64,000 nucleotides of DNA from Trueperaceae bacterium (GTDB taxonomy: Bacteria > Deinococcota > Deinococci > Deinococcales > Trueperaceae), in contig OZ243956.1 of NCBI GenBank assembly GCA_965214405.1, positions 3,776,001 to 3,840,000 on the forward strand. Reading direction: 5' to 3'. The first letter of the stretch is position 1. Each line of letters starts with the position of its first letter. Position numbers and translations under genes: made by a program. The notes beneath the pieces were generated by a model that was not told the DNA's origin, did not search any database, and was given only the letters and a program-made list of their open reading frames with translations. This document shows positions 9,864-19,310 of this stretch, piece by piece.

Positions 9864-10410
9864 AGTAGCCCCCTCACGCGGTTGCTAAATGTGTCGATAA
9901 CACACTCATACCAGCCCTCTCAACTGGCACTATACACCCCTGGTGGGGTACAGGTATACTAACAGATTGGCGTTTCGCATGGTGAGAGTTCTCCTACCCC
10001 ACTGCCACCCTTTTTGCATAGAGTATTAACCGTTCGCACAGCTCATTTCCATGAGGCTAGCAGGTCGGGCGTCTCCATGAGGTATTTCTCGAGCCCGTCT
10101 CCCCACACTTGCCACAAGCACAGGTGAACCATACCAAGCTCACCCCCAGGTTTTAGCTCACGTACCCCCTTTCTCGCTACCGAACCATACCAAACCGCTA
10201 CCAAAAACATACCTTTTTCTACCCTCTTGAAAACAAAAACGCGTGCTGCACGCTCTTTCTGTTGTTTGCGCGCCGTTTCTTGGGCGTAAAATCCGTAATC
10301 ATATAGCTTTTGCGGTATGCTGAGAGGCGTGAACAGCGTCAGGGACGAGAGAAGTACAACCCGTACACATGCACCAAAAAGTGCCACCTTTCATCCATTA
10401 GGGGTGCCCC

Positions 10411-11022
10411 ATGTATGACCGTCTCGACTTATCCAAAGGCCGCTATGTCCGCTACGACTACCAGCCCAAAGGCGACCGCTTCACCAGGGGTTTAAGCCCC
10501 ATGCCCCCCGTCGTCACCACCGTGACCCGCACCACCAGCACCGGGCGCTCCTTCAGGCGTCGGGTACGCGTGAACAATACCAAACACCTCACCGTCGCGG
10601 CGCTCCTGGAGATGATCGGGCCGGAACATCACGAGGAGGCTGAAGAGAAGGGGCTGTACTTTCTTTACAAGGAGGACGGGCTCGAGGTGCGGTTCAAAGA
10701 ACCCGGCGTACACGTGCGCTTCACCTCGACAGCCCAGCACAAGGGAAGGCGGCGGTGGTTCCTCTGTCCCGGCCCCGGTTGCGGGCGGCGGGTCGGCAAG
10801 CTCCGCTTAGTCGAGGGGGCGTCCTTCGGGCGCATCTGGGGGTGTCAGACGTGTCTCGGGCTCTCCTACCCGTCGCGGGCGGCGCACAAGACGCAAGCAT
10901 TAGATCAGGCCATCGTGAGGGGCAAGGTGAAGGTGAGCCTCGGGGCGTGGCACCGGGCGGTAGAGCGGGAAGACGAAAGGCTCGAGAAGACGATGCGGCG
11001 CTTTGGGCTGTTCGGGAGGTAG
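10411..11022 (+). CDS. Hypothetical Zn-ribbon protein
   Basis: RWFLCPGPGCGRRV...WGCQTCLGLSY. Confidence 0.7.
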   Translation: MYDRLDLSKGRYVRYDYQPKGDRFTRGLSPMPPVVTTVTRTTSTGRSFRRRVRVNNTKHLTVAALLEMIGPEHHEEAEEKGLYFLYKEDGLEVRFKEPGVHVRFTSTAQHKGRRRWFLCPGPGCGRRVGKLRLVEGASFGRIWGCQTCLGLSYPSRAAHKTQALDQAIVRGKVKVSLGAWHRAVEREDERLEKTMRRFGLFGR

Positions 11023-11216
11023 CGAGACAACGCGGGCTTAGACGGCAACGGCCTCTAATGGCGCTCCCGGAATCCTGGAAAAATGGGGCAAGTTCGGGTG
11101 AAAGAACGCCGCCTTGGACGTTCAAGCTTGGCCGTGGGGGGGGTTCTGAGAAAAGCCCGCAAGCTTGACCCTATATGGCCCCCTTTGGCGTAGACTGGGA
11201 GCCACAGGAGGTGGGT

Positions 11217-11366
11217 ATGAGCGACGAGCGTAAGCAGACGACAGAAGAAGATGTTGACCTTGAAAAAAGTTTCGAGGAGCAAAAAGAGCAGGTAGACAAG
11301 ATGGAAAGGGAGGTAGAGAAGGAGCGCCAAGAGGACGGGGCCGCGCCGGGTGACGAGCGGGGCTAG
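11217..11366 (+). CDS. Small acidic hypothetical protein
   Basis: AGGAGG SD before MSDERKQ; 49 aa, highly charged. Confidence 0.45.
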   Translation: MSDERKQTTEEDVDLEKSFEEQKEQVDKMEREVEKERQEDGAAPGDERG

Positions 11367-11425
11367 AGCTTGACCTGTCGCGGGCGGGGCTCTTGACATG
11401 CTCGAGCCCCTTCCAGCGCCGCCGC

Positions 11426-14059
11426 TCAAGGCCGCACCCCTACCGGCTCACGCAGCACCGCGCGGGCTATCTCTGATAGGTCTTCACGTTCGGCCTCACT
11501 CATCTTGCTTTTGCCGAAGTAATGCGAGAGCGCCGTATCAAGGTCGGCAAAAGTGCGCCCCGGTAGCTCGAGAGAGCGGCCCTTTAGGTCGCCCGCTTTC
11601 CAAAGATGGTGTAGCTCGAGCACCTCTCGCGGCATCTTTGGGCTAGGCTCTTCTAAAACACCCGAAACACCCGTATCACCCGGTGAGGGGGTAGAAGCGC
11701 CGTCCGTGACGGTACTCGAGCCTCGGGTGTTTGGCGGGTGTTCCGTCTCAAGTCCGGGTGTTTGCCGGGTGTTTGGTAAGTAGGCGGGTGTTTGGTCGGC
11801 AAAACACCCGGCCTCTTCCGCCTCACGTTCCAGCGTCTCTAACGGCACTTCTTCACGCTCTAGGGGTGTTCCGGGTGTTTCGGGTGTTCTTTTCCCTACC
11901 CTTTCCAGACGGTAGGCGCTGTTACGGGTCACGCTGTCCTTGCCCGCGTTGCGGATGCGAAAGCCGCCGAACACCCGGTCACGTTTTTGTGAGAGCGCAT
12001 GGCCCAAACGTTGCATCGCGCTAAGCTGACTTTTCCCGGTCCATAAGTCGAGAAGTAGCCTGTACTCTTTAGCCACTTCAAAAAGGTCTTTGGCGGTCAC
12101 GGCGCGGGGTCCATAGCTTACCCACCACCTCTCTATCAGCGCGGCCCACTCGGTCGTCTCGCTATCGGCTTCGGCGTGCAAGCGTTCCCGGCCTTCCAAA
12201 AAGCCTGGAACCCCTGCCACCTCGAGAATGCCGCCCATCACCCCGCCCCACGCCTCATACCGCCCAAGGCTCACTTGTCCTTTGGGCATCCCGGCGTCTA
12301 CCCATCTCTGAATGAGCGAGAGACAAGCGCTTACCAATTCCGAACGGTGCGCCCGGACGTATTCAGCCAAGGGCACATGCTTAAACCCGGTGCGCTCTTC
12401 GGGACGTTCCACCCCGGCGTCCATACGGATGGGGATGACGCGGCGGGTGAGTTCGTCTGACAGCATGACGTTGTTACCCGACGCCAGCCACAGCGCCCGG
12501 TTGGGCATGATGACGGTTTCCGATTTACCCAAGATGCGCCCCTGCCAGACTTCGGCGGTGAGCGCGGCGGCTAAGTGTGCCGAGTCTAAACGCGTCACGT
12601 TGTCGAGAAAAACCAGCGGGCGACCCTCGAGCAGTACCGAGGTAAGACGCTTCTCTAACTCGTCGCCGTCTCGAGGTTGGCTCATGGTGGGCACGACGTA
12701 ACCGAAAGGGATGAGATTAGCGGCTTCGGTAAGCAGTCCTTTACCTGTACCTCGTGCGGGCGCGTCAATCAGGTAAAGCGGTGTTGCACCTTGGATGAGC
12801 GGGCGCACGAAAGGCTGGAGCACCATACAGAGCGTGTGCGCCCAGCCTGCGGCCTCGACAAAGGGGAACTCACCGAACACCTCACGCAGTAGGAAGAGCG
12901 CTTCATCTACAGGTATATCGGCGCGTAAGTCTTCAAGCCCCTTGAGCTGCAAGAGCAGCCCCGTGTGGGGGTCGTAACCGTCTTGAGCCAGCAGCACCCC
13001 GCCGGGTAGAAAGACGGGCGCGTGAACGATATCCTCCAGCGGCGGGAAGGGTAACGAGGTCTGGGTGAGAATGTCGGGTGCTAAGTCACTGGGGGGACGT
13101 GCGGGGGTCGTTTCTCCCTCATAGGTAACTTTCACGAAGTCCGCGCACCTGTCCATAATGCCCTTGAGCGAGGTTGACGTAAGTGCTTCGGCTGTGTCGC
13201 CATTCAACCGCGCCGGGAGGGTGCCGCGCATGAAAAGAGTGGGGGGATGATTGGCGGCCTCGAGTGCCTTGACAGAATCGGCGGTGATGTCTCGCAAGTA
13301 GCGGTGGGTGACGATGATTTCAGGGCGTCCTCCTTCTTCTTTCTCTTCTTGAGGCGGGGCGCGTAGTTCGGTAGTGGCGAGGGCTAAAAGGTCGTCAACG
13401 CTGTGACCGCTTACTAGGTAATCATCCACCCCTTGCTTTGCCGCGCCGTCACCGGAGGGGAGGTAAATCACCTTGACCTTGGCATCACGACTCTCGAGAA
13501 AGGCTTTCAACCGCACCAAAGCGGTGTGTACTTCCCGCTTCTCCATCACGTCACTGTCGAACACGATGTACACGGGGCGGTCGTTCAGGGCGATGTACTC
13601 CCAATCTGCCAGCGCGGTTTTGCCGCCCTTGGCATTTTTGCCGCGCCAATTCCAGACGCCGATGAGGGCGACGGCGCAGAGGCCGCGTGATGCTAAAGAG
13701 TCGCCCTTTTTGATTCCTTCAGTAACGAACAGAGGCGCGGCGGGGTCGCCCAGCTCGCCATTTACAGAAGGGTGTACGTCTAGGGTCATGCTCGAGCCCG
13801 TGGGCGTCTCATACTTCACCGGCTTACCCTTGTTGATGCGCGGGGTGTCGGGGCGGGACTGGTAGAGCCTCACCTCTCCGTTGGGGCTATAAATCGGGAT
13901 GACGAGCGTCGGAATAATACGCTGCTTAGGAGAAAAGCCCAAACGCTCCAAATCGGCTTTAACGGTCACGGTCTTGTAGCCGCGCGTGGTGATGAGGTCC
14001 GGCGAAATGCCGGACCCCTCCGTAAGCATGTGTAAATGTTTGGGTGAAAGAGTGGTCAT
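11426..14059 (-). CDS. Primase (DUF3854/Toprim) - helicase replication protein
   Basis: FVTEGIKKGD, VFDSD, KQGVDD Toprim motifs; Walker A APARGTGKG, Walker B VFLDN. Confidence 0.88.
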   Translation of the reverse strand: MTTLSPKHLHMLTEGSGISPDLITTRGYKTVTVKADLERLGFSPKQRIIPTLVIPIYSPNGEVRLYQSRPDTPRINKGKPVKYETPTGSSMTLDVHPSVNGELGDPAAPLFVTEGIKKGDSLASRGLCAVALIGVWNWRGKNAKGGKTALADWEYIALNDRPVYIVFDSDVMEKREVHTALVRLKAFLESRDAKVKVIYLPSGDGAAKQGVDDYLVSGHSVDDLLALATTELRAPPQEEKEEGGRPEIIVTHRYLRDITADSVKALEAANHPPTLFMRGTLPARLNGDTAEALTSTSLKGIMDRCADFVKVTYEGETTPARPPSDLAPDILTQTSLPFPPLEDIVHAPVFLPGGVLLAQDGYDPHTGLLLQLKGLEDLRADIPVDEALFLLREVFGEFPFVEAAGWAHTLCMVLQPFVRPLIQGATPLYLIDAPARGTGKGLLTEAANLIPFGYVVPTMSQPRDGDELEKRLTSVLLEGRPLVFLDNVTRLDSAHLAAALTAEVWQGRILGKSETVIMPNRALWLASGNNVMLSDELTRRVIPIRMDAGVERPEERTGFKHVPLAEYVRAHRSELVSACLSLIQRWVDAGMPKGQVSLGRYEAWGGVMGGILEVAGVPGFLEGRERLHAEADSETTEWAALIERWWVSYGPRAVTAKDLFEVAKEYRLLLDLWTGKSQLSAMQRLGHALSQKRDRVFGGFRIRNAGKDSVTRNSAYRLERVGKRTPETPGTPLEREEVPLETLEREAEEAGCFADQTPAYLPNTRQTPGLETEHPPNTRGSSTVTDGASTPSPGDTGVSGVLEEPSPKMPREVLELHHLWKAGDLKGRSLELPGRTFADLDTALSHYFGKSKMSEAEREDLSEIARAVLREPVGVRP
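11657..11977. repeat. AACACCCG octamer array (putative iterons/ori)
   Basis: 11 exact copies counted by eye in both orientations, plus 2 variants. Confidence 0.75.
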
Positions 14060-14274
14060 GCGCGCGCCCTGCCGCTGTAGGCGTTCAAATCACGGTGCGC
14101 GTTCATAATGGTCCAGCACTCAATACAAAAAACGCAGGCGTCTTCAGTGGTGAGTAGGTGGCGACCTGTAGGACTGTAAGGGCATGGGTCTGAGAGCGAA
14201 CGTGCTATATTATTTGTAGCAGCGGCCCCGCTGTGTTTATCCGCTCCCGTCTTGTCCCGGCGGGAGTTTCCCAT
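14056..14274 (-). CDS. Small Cys/His hypothetical protein
   Basis: Translationally coupled to xis and primase; CPYSPTGRH...CVFCIECW. Confidence 0.6.
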   Translation of the reverse strand: MGNSRRDKTGADKHSGAAATNNIARSLSDPCPYSPTGRHLLTTEDACVFCIECWTIMNAHRDLNAYSGRARA

Positions 14275-14483
14275 TATTGGACCTCGCTCTCACGTGCTGG
14301 AAAATTTATTACCTCGCTACGCGGGATTAGAATTTTTCTTCCAAGCCTGAGATGACGAATCTTCCCGGCTTGAATCAGCCCATACAGTGAGTTGCGTCCT
14401 ACGGCGTGGTCAAGCGCTTCCAGAAATTCGTTGGGGGTTAGAAGCGGCTTGTTTGGCGATTTATCACGTTCAACTGTTAGCAT
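14274..14483 (-). CDS. Excisionase-like helix-turn-helix protein
   Basis: LLTPNE...GRNSLYGLIQAGKIRHLRLGRKILIPRSEV; AGGAGG SD. Confidence 0.85.
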   Translation of the reverse strand: MLTVERDKSPNKPLLTPNEFLEALDHAVGRNSLYGLIQAGKIRHLRLGRKILIPRSEVINFPARESEVQ

Positions 14484-15555
14484 CGGGTGCGGCCTCCTTT
14501 TGGCCGTAAACAGTGCAGCCAAAGTTTTGGCTGTGAATGGCGCTCGAGGGAGTGCTTGGCTTGGCGGCATGGCACTCTCTTGGGCTTTGTTTTGCCGCAG
14601 CTCCCGCCTCTCGGCACACCACGGCTTTTTGTTCCCTAAGCAGCACGCCCGGTCTGTCCCGCCAGCTCGCTCGAGCCTCGCCTTTGGTGCCGCTCGAAGT
14701 TTTCATGGTCCGCGCGGGTGCATGTGGTCCCGTCGCTTCTTATGTTACATGGGGTGCAAAATTATGGTATTTTGCACCCCATGAAGCGACCATCACCACG
14801 GGAAGTTAGCGGAGATTTCTTTGCTGGGGTTCGGGCAGTTAAAGATATTGCGAAGCGGGAAGCCAAAGGGGAAGGATTACCTGTACCTCCCGATGATTTC
14901 ATTGAGGAAAAAGGGAAGTGTTATTCCAACGCCAGTCCTGAGGCAGTTGCTCAAGATATCTTGACCGATTGGCGCGAAGAGCTAGCAAGGCGTGAAGAGC
15001 TAGCTAGGCATGAGTCTATCGGCGGCAAGTTAGGCGACCCGGTTGAAAAGGGCACGAGCAAAGTCGCATCACTGGTCATGGCGGTGTATCTCAAAGTTCC
15101 CGTTAAACAGTTCCGCACGATTATATGGGGAAGTGCTGAGGCTCCATTTGAAAATACTGTTGACGCTGCTGTGTGGCTCGAGCTTATGCACTGCGAAGAG
15201 CGGAAGCGGTACGACAAAAAATTACAAGTGCCCGAAGGCGAAGAATCTGATATTCACGAGTTCGTGGTGTGGCTGCCAGAAATAAGCAGATGGGCTTGGG
15301 AGGTCCCCGGCGGCGGCATCCTCGAGCGGCTTTACCACTTTTGTAAAACTTTATCGAAGTGGTCTGAATGGTGGAGCTTTGACGTTGTGCTGTATCACGT
15401 CCTATTCAACGCAATGCCTCCAGCCATACAAATACAGACTTTAGGTATGTTCAACGATACAAAGAGAATCACCTTGACGATTCACGGCCCGGCAACGGAA
15501 GAAGAGGTCGTCAAGGCGTACCGCCGGGCGCGCGAGATGACTTTTACAACTTCAG

Positions 15556-16605
15556 CTAAGTACACGACAAAAGCCGAAAACAGCGGTCCAGGTCAGGCTT
15601 TTTGGTTGCCGAGTTGGTGAGCAGATGCCTGAGATGGTCTAAGCCTGCCCGGAATAAAGACTTCTGCTTGCGCCCGTGCGACTTCATTCGAACAGGTTTG
15701 AGCTGACGGTGAACAAATGCTCCGACTTTCAAGGCCCATAAGAAAGCCAGGGTCACAACGACAAGTAAGGTGTTAATGCGCTCTAGGTGCTTGAGATGCG
15801 TAGCTTCAAAGTCAAAGCCGCTGCTTTTCAAGGCTTTGAACAAGCATTCTATCTGCCAGCGCTTCGCGTAGCTTGCGAGGGCCTGCTTAGGATTGCGGTT
15901 GGTGACGACGATGATGTATTCTCCACCCTCTAAACGCGCGCCTGCAACCCCAAGCTCAACACCAAAGACAGTGTAGCGCTGTTTAAGTACCTTGTGCTCA
16001 CCCACAGGTAGATGCTGGAAAAAGCCGAACAGATGAAACCAGCCATCACCGAGAGCGTCTTTACGCACGCGGATAACGAAAGGGATGTGCTTACGCTCAA
16101 GATAAGCGAACCAGTCGCCCCCGATGAACTCCCTATCGGCTAGCAGCACCTCTAGCTGGTCTACGGGCAAAAGTTTTAGCAAACGCTCCAAAAGCGTAAT
16201 GCGTTCTTGCGTGGCGGAGTTGCCAGCCTTGGGCAAAAGACACCACAGTAAGGGAACCGCTACGCCCTCATGCGCATAAGCCAGGGTCAAGATGTTGATG
16301 TCGAGTTTGCCAAACTTCCAGTTCGTCCGGTCTAGGCACAGGCTGTAGCTTCGCTTGGGACCTAGACTCAGCGCGTACCTGAAAACTGTCTCATCGGCCA
16401 AGTGCAAGCCTTGGAAAAACCGTTGCGCCCGTCTGTAAAGCGAGTCCGGCTGGGCTCTGCCCTCCATCATGCCTACCAACGTCGCCAAGTTCACCGTCTT
16501 TGCCTGCACCATCGCGATCATCAACAAGCTCAAGAACTTAAGCCGTGACGGGTGCAGCTTTAAGCCGCTCGCTTTCAACTGTGCCAGCAACCCGGTATGC
16601 TTCAT
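15556..16605 (-). CDS. IS4-family DDE transposase
   Basis: Protein identical to copy 1. Confidence 0.93.
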   Translation of the reverse strand: MKHTGLLAQLKASGLKLHPSRLKFLSLLMIAMVQAKTVNLATLVGMMEGRAQPDSLYRRAQRFFQGLHLADETVFRYALSLGPKRSYSLCLDRTNWKFGKLDINILTLAYAHEGVAVPLLWCLLPKAGNSATQERITLLERLLKLLPVDQLEVLLADREFIGGDWFAYLERKHIPFVIRVRKDALGDGWFHLFGFFQHLPVGEHKVLKQRYTVFGVELGVAGARLEGGEYIIVVTNRNPKQALASYAKRWQIECLFKALKSSGFDFEATHLKHLERINTLLVVVTLAFLWALKVGAFVHRQLKPVRMKSHGRKQKSLFRAGLDHLRHLLTNSATKKPDLDRCFRLLSCT

Positions 16606-16685
16606 ATGCTCTCCCTTGAAGTGGTGTCTCGCAACATCCATTCTTCACTGGAGAGCCCTTTATTTCAAATCTGTCGTGTACTGAG
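15556..16685 (-). mobile_element. IS4-family insertion sequence, copy 2
   Basis: Same IRs and length as copy 1; TSD CAACTTCAG at 15547-15555 and 16686-16694. Confidence 0.95.
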
Positions 16686-17216
16686 CAACTTCAGACAAGA
16701 CGGGCCTAAACCCGGCACAACATAAACTTTTGCTTTTAGTCGAATACTTTATGCCGCTAGCATCATGGTCCGAACGGTTTAAGAAGTGGCTCGAGTGGTG
16801 CGAAAAGGACGAAAGTCTACCTACCTACAAGGCAAGGTTGAGAGAGGACGGGTCAATAGAAAATAAGACCAATGCCGTTAAGAATTTCAAAAAGGAATAT
16901 ATGAGGGTCATGGACAAGCAAGCGTGGACGGGTACAGTATCTAGGATTCCGACCCCGGAGGTTCGTGAACAACTACGGGCTAGGAGAGCTAAGGGGCTTG
17001 GTGTTAAAGCACCCGAGTGGAATCCTCCCCCACCACCGCCTTGGGAAAAACCCGACTTTGACGCCTCATGGTTTACCTATCCGGTAATAGATTTGGGAGC
17101 GCTTAGAGACCTCGAGAAAATGGTTCAAGGGGCATCCCCGCCGGGCGGTAACACTTTCTTTTTGATAAGAGATAAAGTGTGATCCCGTAGAGGTAAGCAA
17201 AAACATAAGTCAGAAG

Positions 17217-17239
17217 TTTGACGACCAATTGACGACCAC
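17217..17239 (+). repeat. Putative integrase arm-type sites, right
   Basis: Identical to 6094-6116. Confidence 0.75.
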
Positions 17240-17341
17240 GGCCACAAAACCAGAAGAGACAGAATAACGTATGGTAAGAGAAAGAGCGTCACAGACTACA
17301 CCGTAACATCTTATAAAACCGCATAAACTCTCTGCCGTGAT

Positions 17342-17394
17342 TTTGCAAGCAGGGGGTCATCAGTTCGAGTCTGATAGGCTCCACCATGAGAAAG
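17342..17394 (+). repeat. attR core (3' part of tRNA-Ala)
   Basis: Identical to 5981-6033. Confidence 0.95.
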
Positions 17395-17415
17395 CCGCCT
17401 CTACAGCGGCTTTTT
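17391..17415 (+). terminator. Original tRNA terminator
   Basis: AAAGCCGC-CTCTACA-GCGGCTTTTT. Confidence 0.75.
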
Positions 17416-17626
17416 ACTATTTTGCACTGCCCAAGAACTCTATTGGTGTCGGTAATGCCGCTTGTAATGCCACCATCATTTTCGGGACCATAAGTTCGTT
17501 GAGCCCGACACCGTGGCTCTGTTGTGAAAGAAAAGCTCGAGGATTGGCGTCCCGGACAAGCACAAAACGACGAGTTCATTTCACACCCCTCCAGATGATA
17601 CCCCTTCAGAAAATTGCCCTGACCAA

Positions 17627-18127
17627 TTAATTATTCCCCGAGGCCACTGCTGCGGTGTTGGTGGCGTCCTCGAGCGCCTTGTAAGCCGCGAAGGCCGCCA
17701 CCACGGCGAGTTCAACGGGGGCGTCGTGCTCGAGGTGCACGTCTTTCCCCCCCACCGCGCCGCCGATGCGCCCGTCGGTACGCCCTGCTCTCGAGCTTAG
17801 TGCAACGTCCTTGCCGAAGATTCGTCCCCCGTAGCGTCCCCACACGCTCGTTTCTTCTTTTGCCTCTTCTATAGTCACTTTTAAGTCCATGCCCAAGACC
17901 TCACCGCCAAAGCGCAGGTCGATGACGGTAGGATGAATAAAGCCGCGCACATTGAAGCCGCCAAACCTGCCGCCTACTCGCCCTGCGAGCGTCGCGTTAC
18001 TGTACGTGACCCGAACGTCAGCCCCCCCGAAACCGCCACCGATGCGCCCCTTTAAGGTGACGCCATCCCAAGCTAAACTGAGGCTGTAACCCGCCAAAGT
18101 TCCACCCACACGCCCCGTTATGTTCAC
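17627..18127 (-). CDS. Gly-rich repeat hypothetical protein
   Basis: Repeated GR(V/I)GGxxxG units. Confidence 0.75.
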   Translation of the reverse strand: MNITGRVGGTLAGYSLSLAWDGVTLKGRIGGGFGGADVRVTYSNATLAGRVGGRFGGFNVRGFIHPTVIDLRFGGEVLGMDLKVTIEEAKEETSVWGRYGGRIFGKDVALSSRAGRTDGRIGGAVGGKDVHLEHDAPVELAVVAAFAAYKALEDATNTAAVASGNN

Positions 18128-18157
18128 GAGGCCATTTTAATCCCTTTACAATGGCTC

Positions 18158-18913
18158 ATGACGCCGCAGATATCGCTCACCGAAGAACTCGCCGCCAACG
18201 CCCTGCCGCCCGCAGTGGTGCAGGTTGTAGACGGCTGGCGGCTCCGTTACAACTTCGGCGTGACGCGGCGGGCCAACTCGGTCTTGGCGAGTGAACACGG
18301 GGGGCGCTACAGCGTAGAGGAAAAGCTCGAGCACACCCGCGCCTTTTACGCCCGTTGGAACTCAAAAGTCCGCTTTCAGCTCAACCCCTCATCACAACCT
18401 TCTGGATTAGACGAGATTTTGGTTGGAAGAGGGTACACGAGAGGCGGCGCGGTACACGTCCAGACCGGGTCCATGCATGACGTTTTGAACAGGACAAGCG
18501 AGTCAGAGCACCGGGTGAGGCTCGAGCCCACCCTCAAAGCCCCTTGGTACGCGCTTTATGCGGAGATTGAGGGGGCGGACGCGCATAAGGCGGAAGTGCG
18601 CCGCGCGATGTTCTCTCGCATCCCTCTTCCCGCTGCGTATGTGCTGCTCGAGCTTGATGCTCAACCTGCGGCGGTGGGATTGGGGGTGCTCGAGCGTGGA
18701 CACGTGGGCGTTTTCAACATGGCGACGCACCCCGAGTTCCGGCGGCGTGGCGCGGCCACGGCGGTGCTGCGGGCGTTGGCAGGGTGGGGGAGGGTGCAGG
18801 GGGCTCGGACGATGTATTTACAGGTTGCTGACGAGAACGCCGGGGCGCGTCCCGTGTACGAGCGGCTGGGTTTTAGGACGCTCTACCAGTACGCGTATCT
18901 CGAGGAGCCTTGA
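18158..18913 (+). CDS. GNAT N-acetyltransferase
   Basis: TRRANSV; MATHPEFRRRGAA; LQVADENAGARPVYERLGF. Confidence 0.9.
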   Translation: MTPQISLTEELAANALPPAVVQVVDGWRLRYNFGVTRRANSVLASEHGGRYSVEEKLEHTRAFYARWNSKVRFQLNPSSQPSGLDEILVGRGYTRGGAVHVQTGSMHDVLNRTSESEHRVRLEPTLKAPWYALYAEIEGADAHKAEVRRAMFSRIPLPAAYVLLELDAQPAAVGLGVLERGHVGVFNMATHPEFRRRGAATAVLRALAGWGRVQGARTMYLQVADENAGARPVYERLGFRTLYQYAYLEEP

Positions 18914-18954
18914 GAGATGCAGCGAGCTTCTACACGTCTTTTAAGTGTTGTCTT

Positions 18955-19293
18955 TTAAGTGTCTTCCTCGAGAAGCGTGATAAGCGTGGCGAGAACGTCT
19001 TCGACAGACCCCACCGGCGCGGCCTCGACGATTTTTACCTCCCGCGCGCGCCAATCGAGCGCCTTGACCTGATGGGCGAGCACCACACCGGAGGTTTTGA
19101 GACTTTCTGGCAAGCTCACCTCGAGCGGATACCCCTTGACCTGTGAGGTAATGGGGCAAGCTATAAGCATCCCTGTAGAGACGTTGTGACGCGTGTTCGG
19201 CAGAACGAGCGCGGGGCGGTGACCTGCCCCCTCATGCCTGCGGCGGGGGTCAAAGTTTACCCAGATCACGTCCCCTCGTTTAGGCGCATTCAC
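18955..19293 (-). CDS. mazF: PemK/MazF-family toxin (orphan)
   Basis: RGDVIWVNFDP, HRPALVL, CPITSQVKGYP, QVKALDWRAR. Confidence 0.85.
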   Translation of the reverse strand: MNAPKRGDVIWVNFDPRRRHEGAGHRPALVLPNTRHNVSTGMLIACPITSQVKGYPLEVSLPESLKTSGVVLAHQVKALDWRAREVKIVEAAPVGSVEDVLATLITLLEEDT

Positions 19294-19310
19294 CAGCTCT
19301 CGCTGCCTTG

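Larger units (their letters stand above)
14781..17182 (+). pseudogene. Hypothetical ~420-aa protein interrupted by IS4
   Basis: Removing the IS and one TSD gives in-frame ...MTFTTS|DKTGLNPAQHKLLLLVEYFM... Confidence 0.75.
5981..17394. mobile_element. Integrative element (phage-satellite/IME-like) inserted in tRNA-Ala(TGC)
   Basis: 53-bp direct repeats, integrase, xis-like HTH, primase-helicase; no capsid or conjugation genes recognised. Confidence 0.92.

Noticed and set aside
9931..9958. CsoR-type copper operator
   Set aside because: Only a partial resemblance and no copper genes nearby; kept only as a possible cassette operator
11657..11977. CRISPR array
   Set aside because: 8-bp units with irregular spacing and mixed orientation; no cas genes or CRISPR array seen anywhere in the window
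1680..16685. Composite transposon formed by the two IS4 copies
   Set aside because: Each copy has its own distinct TSD, indicating independent insertions
6123..17182. Complete prophage
   Set aside because: No terminase, capsid, tail or lysis genes recognised
17342..17386. Second tRNA-Ala(TGC)
   Set aside because: Only the 3' part is present; it is attR
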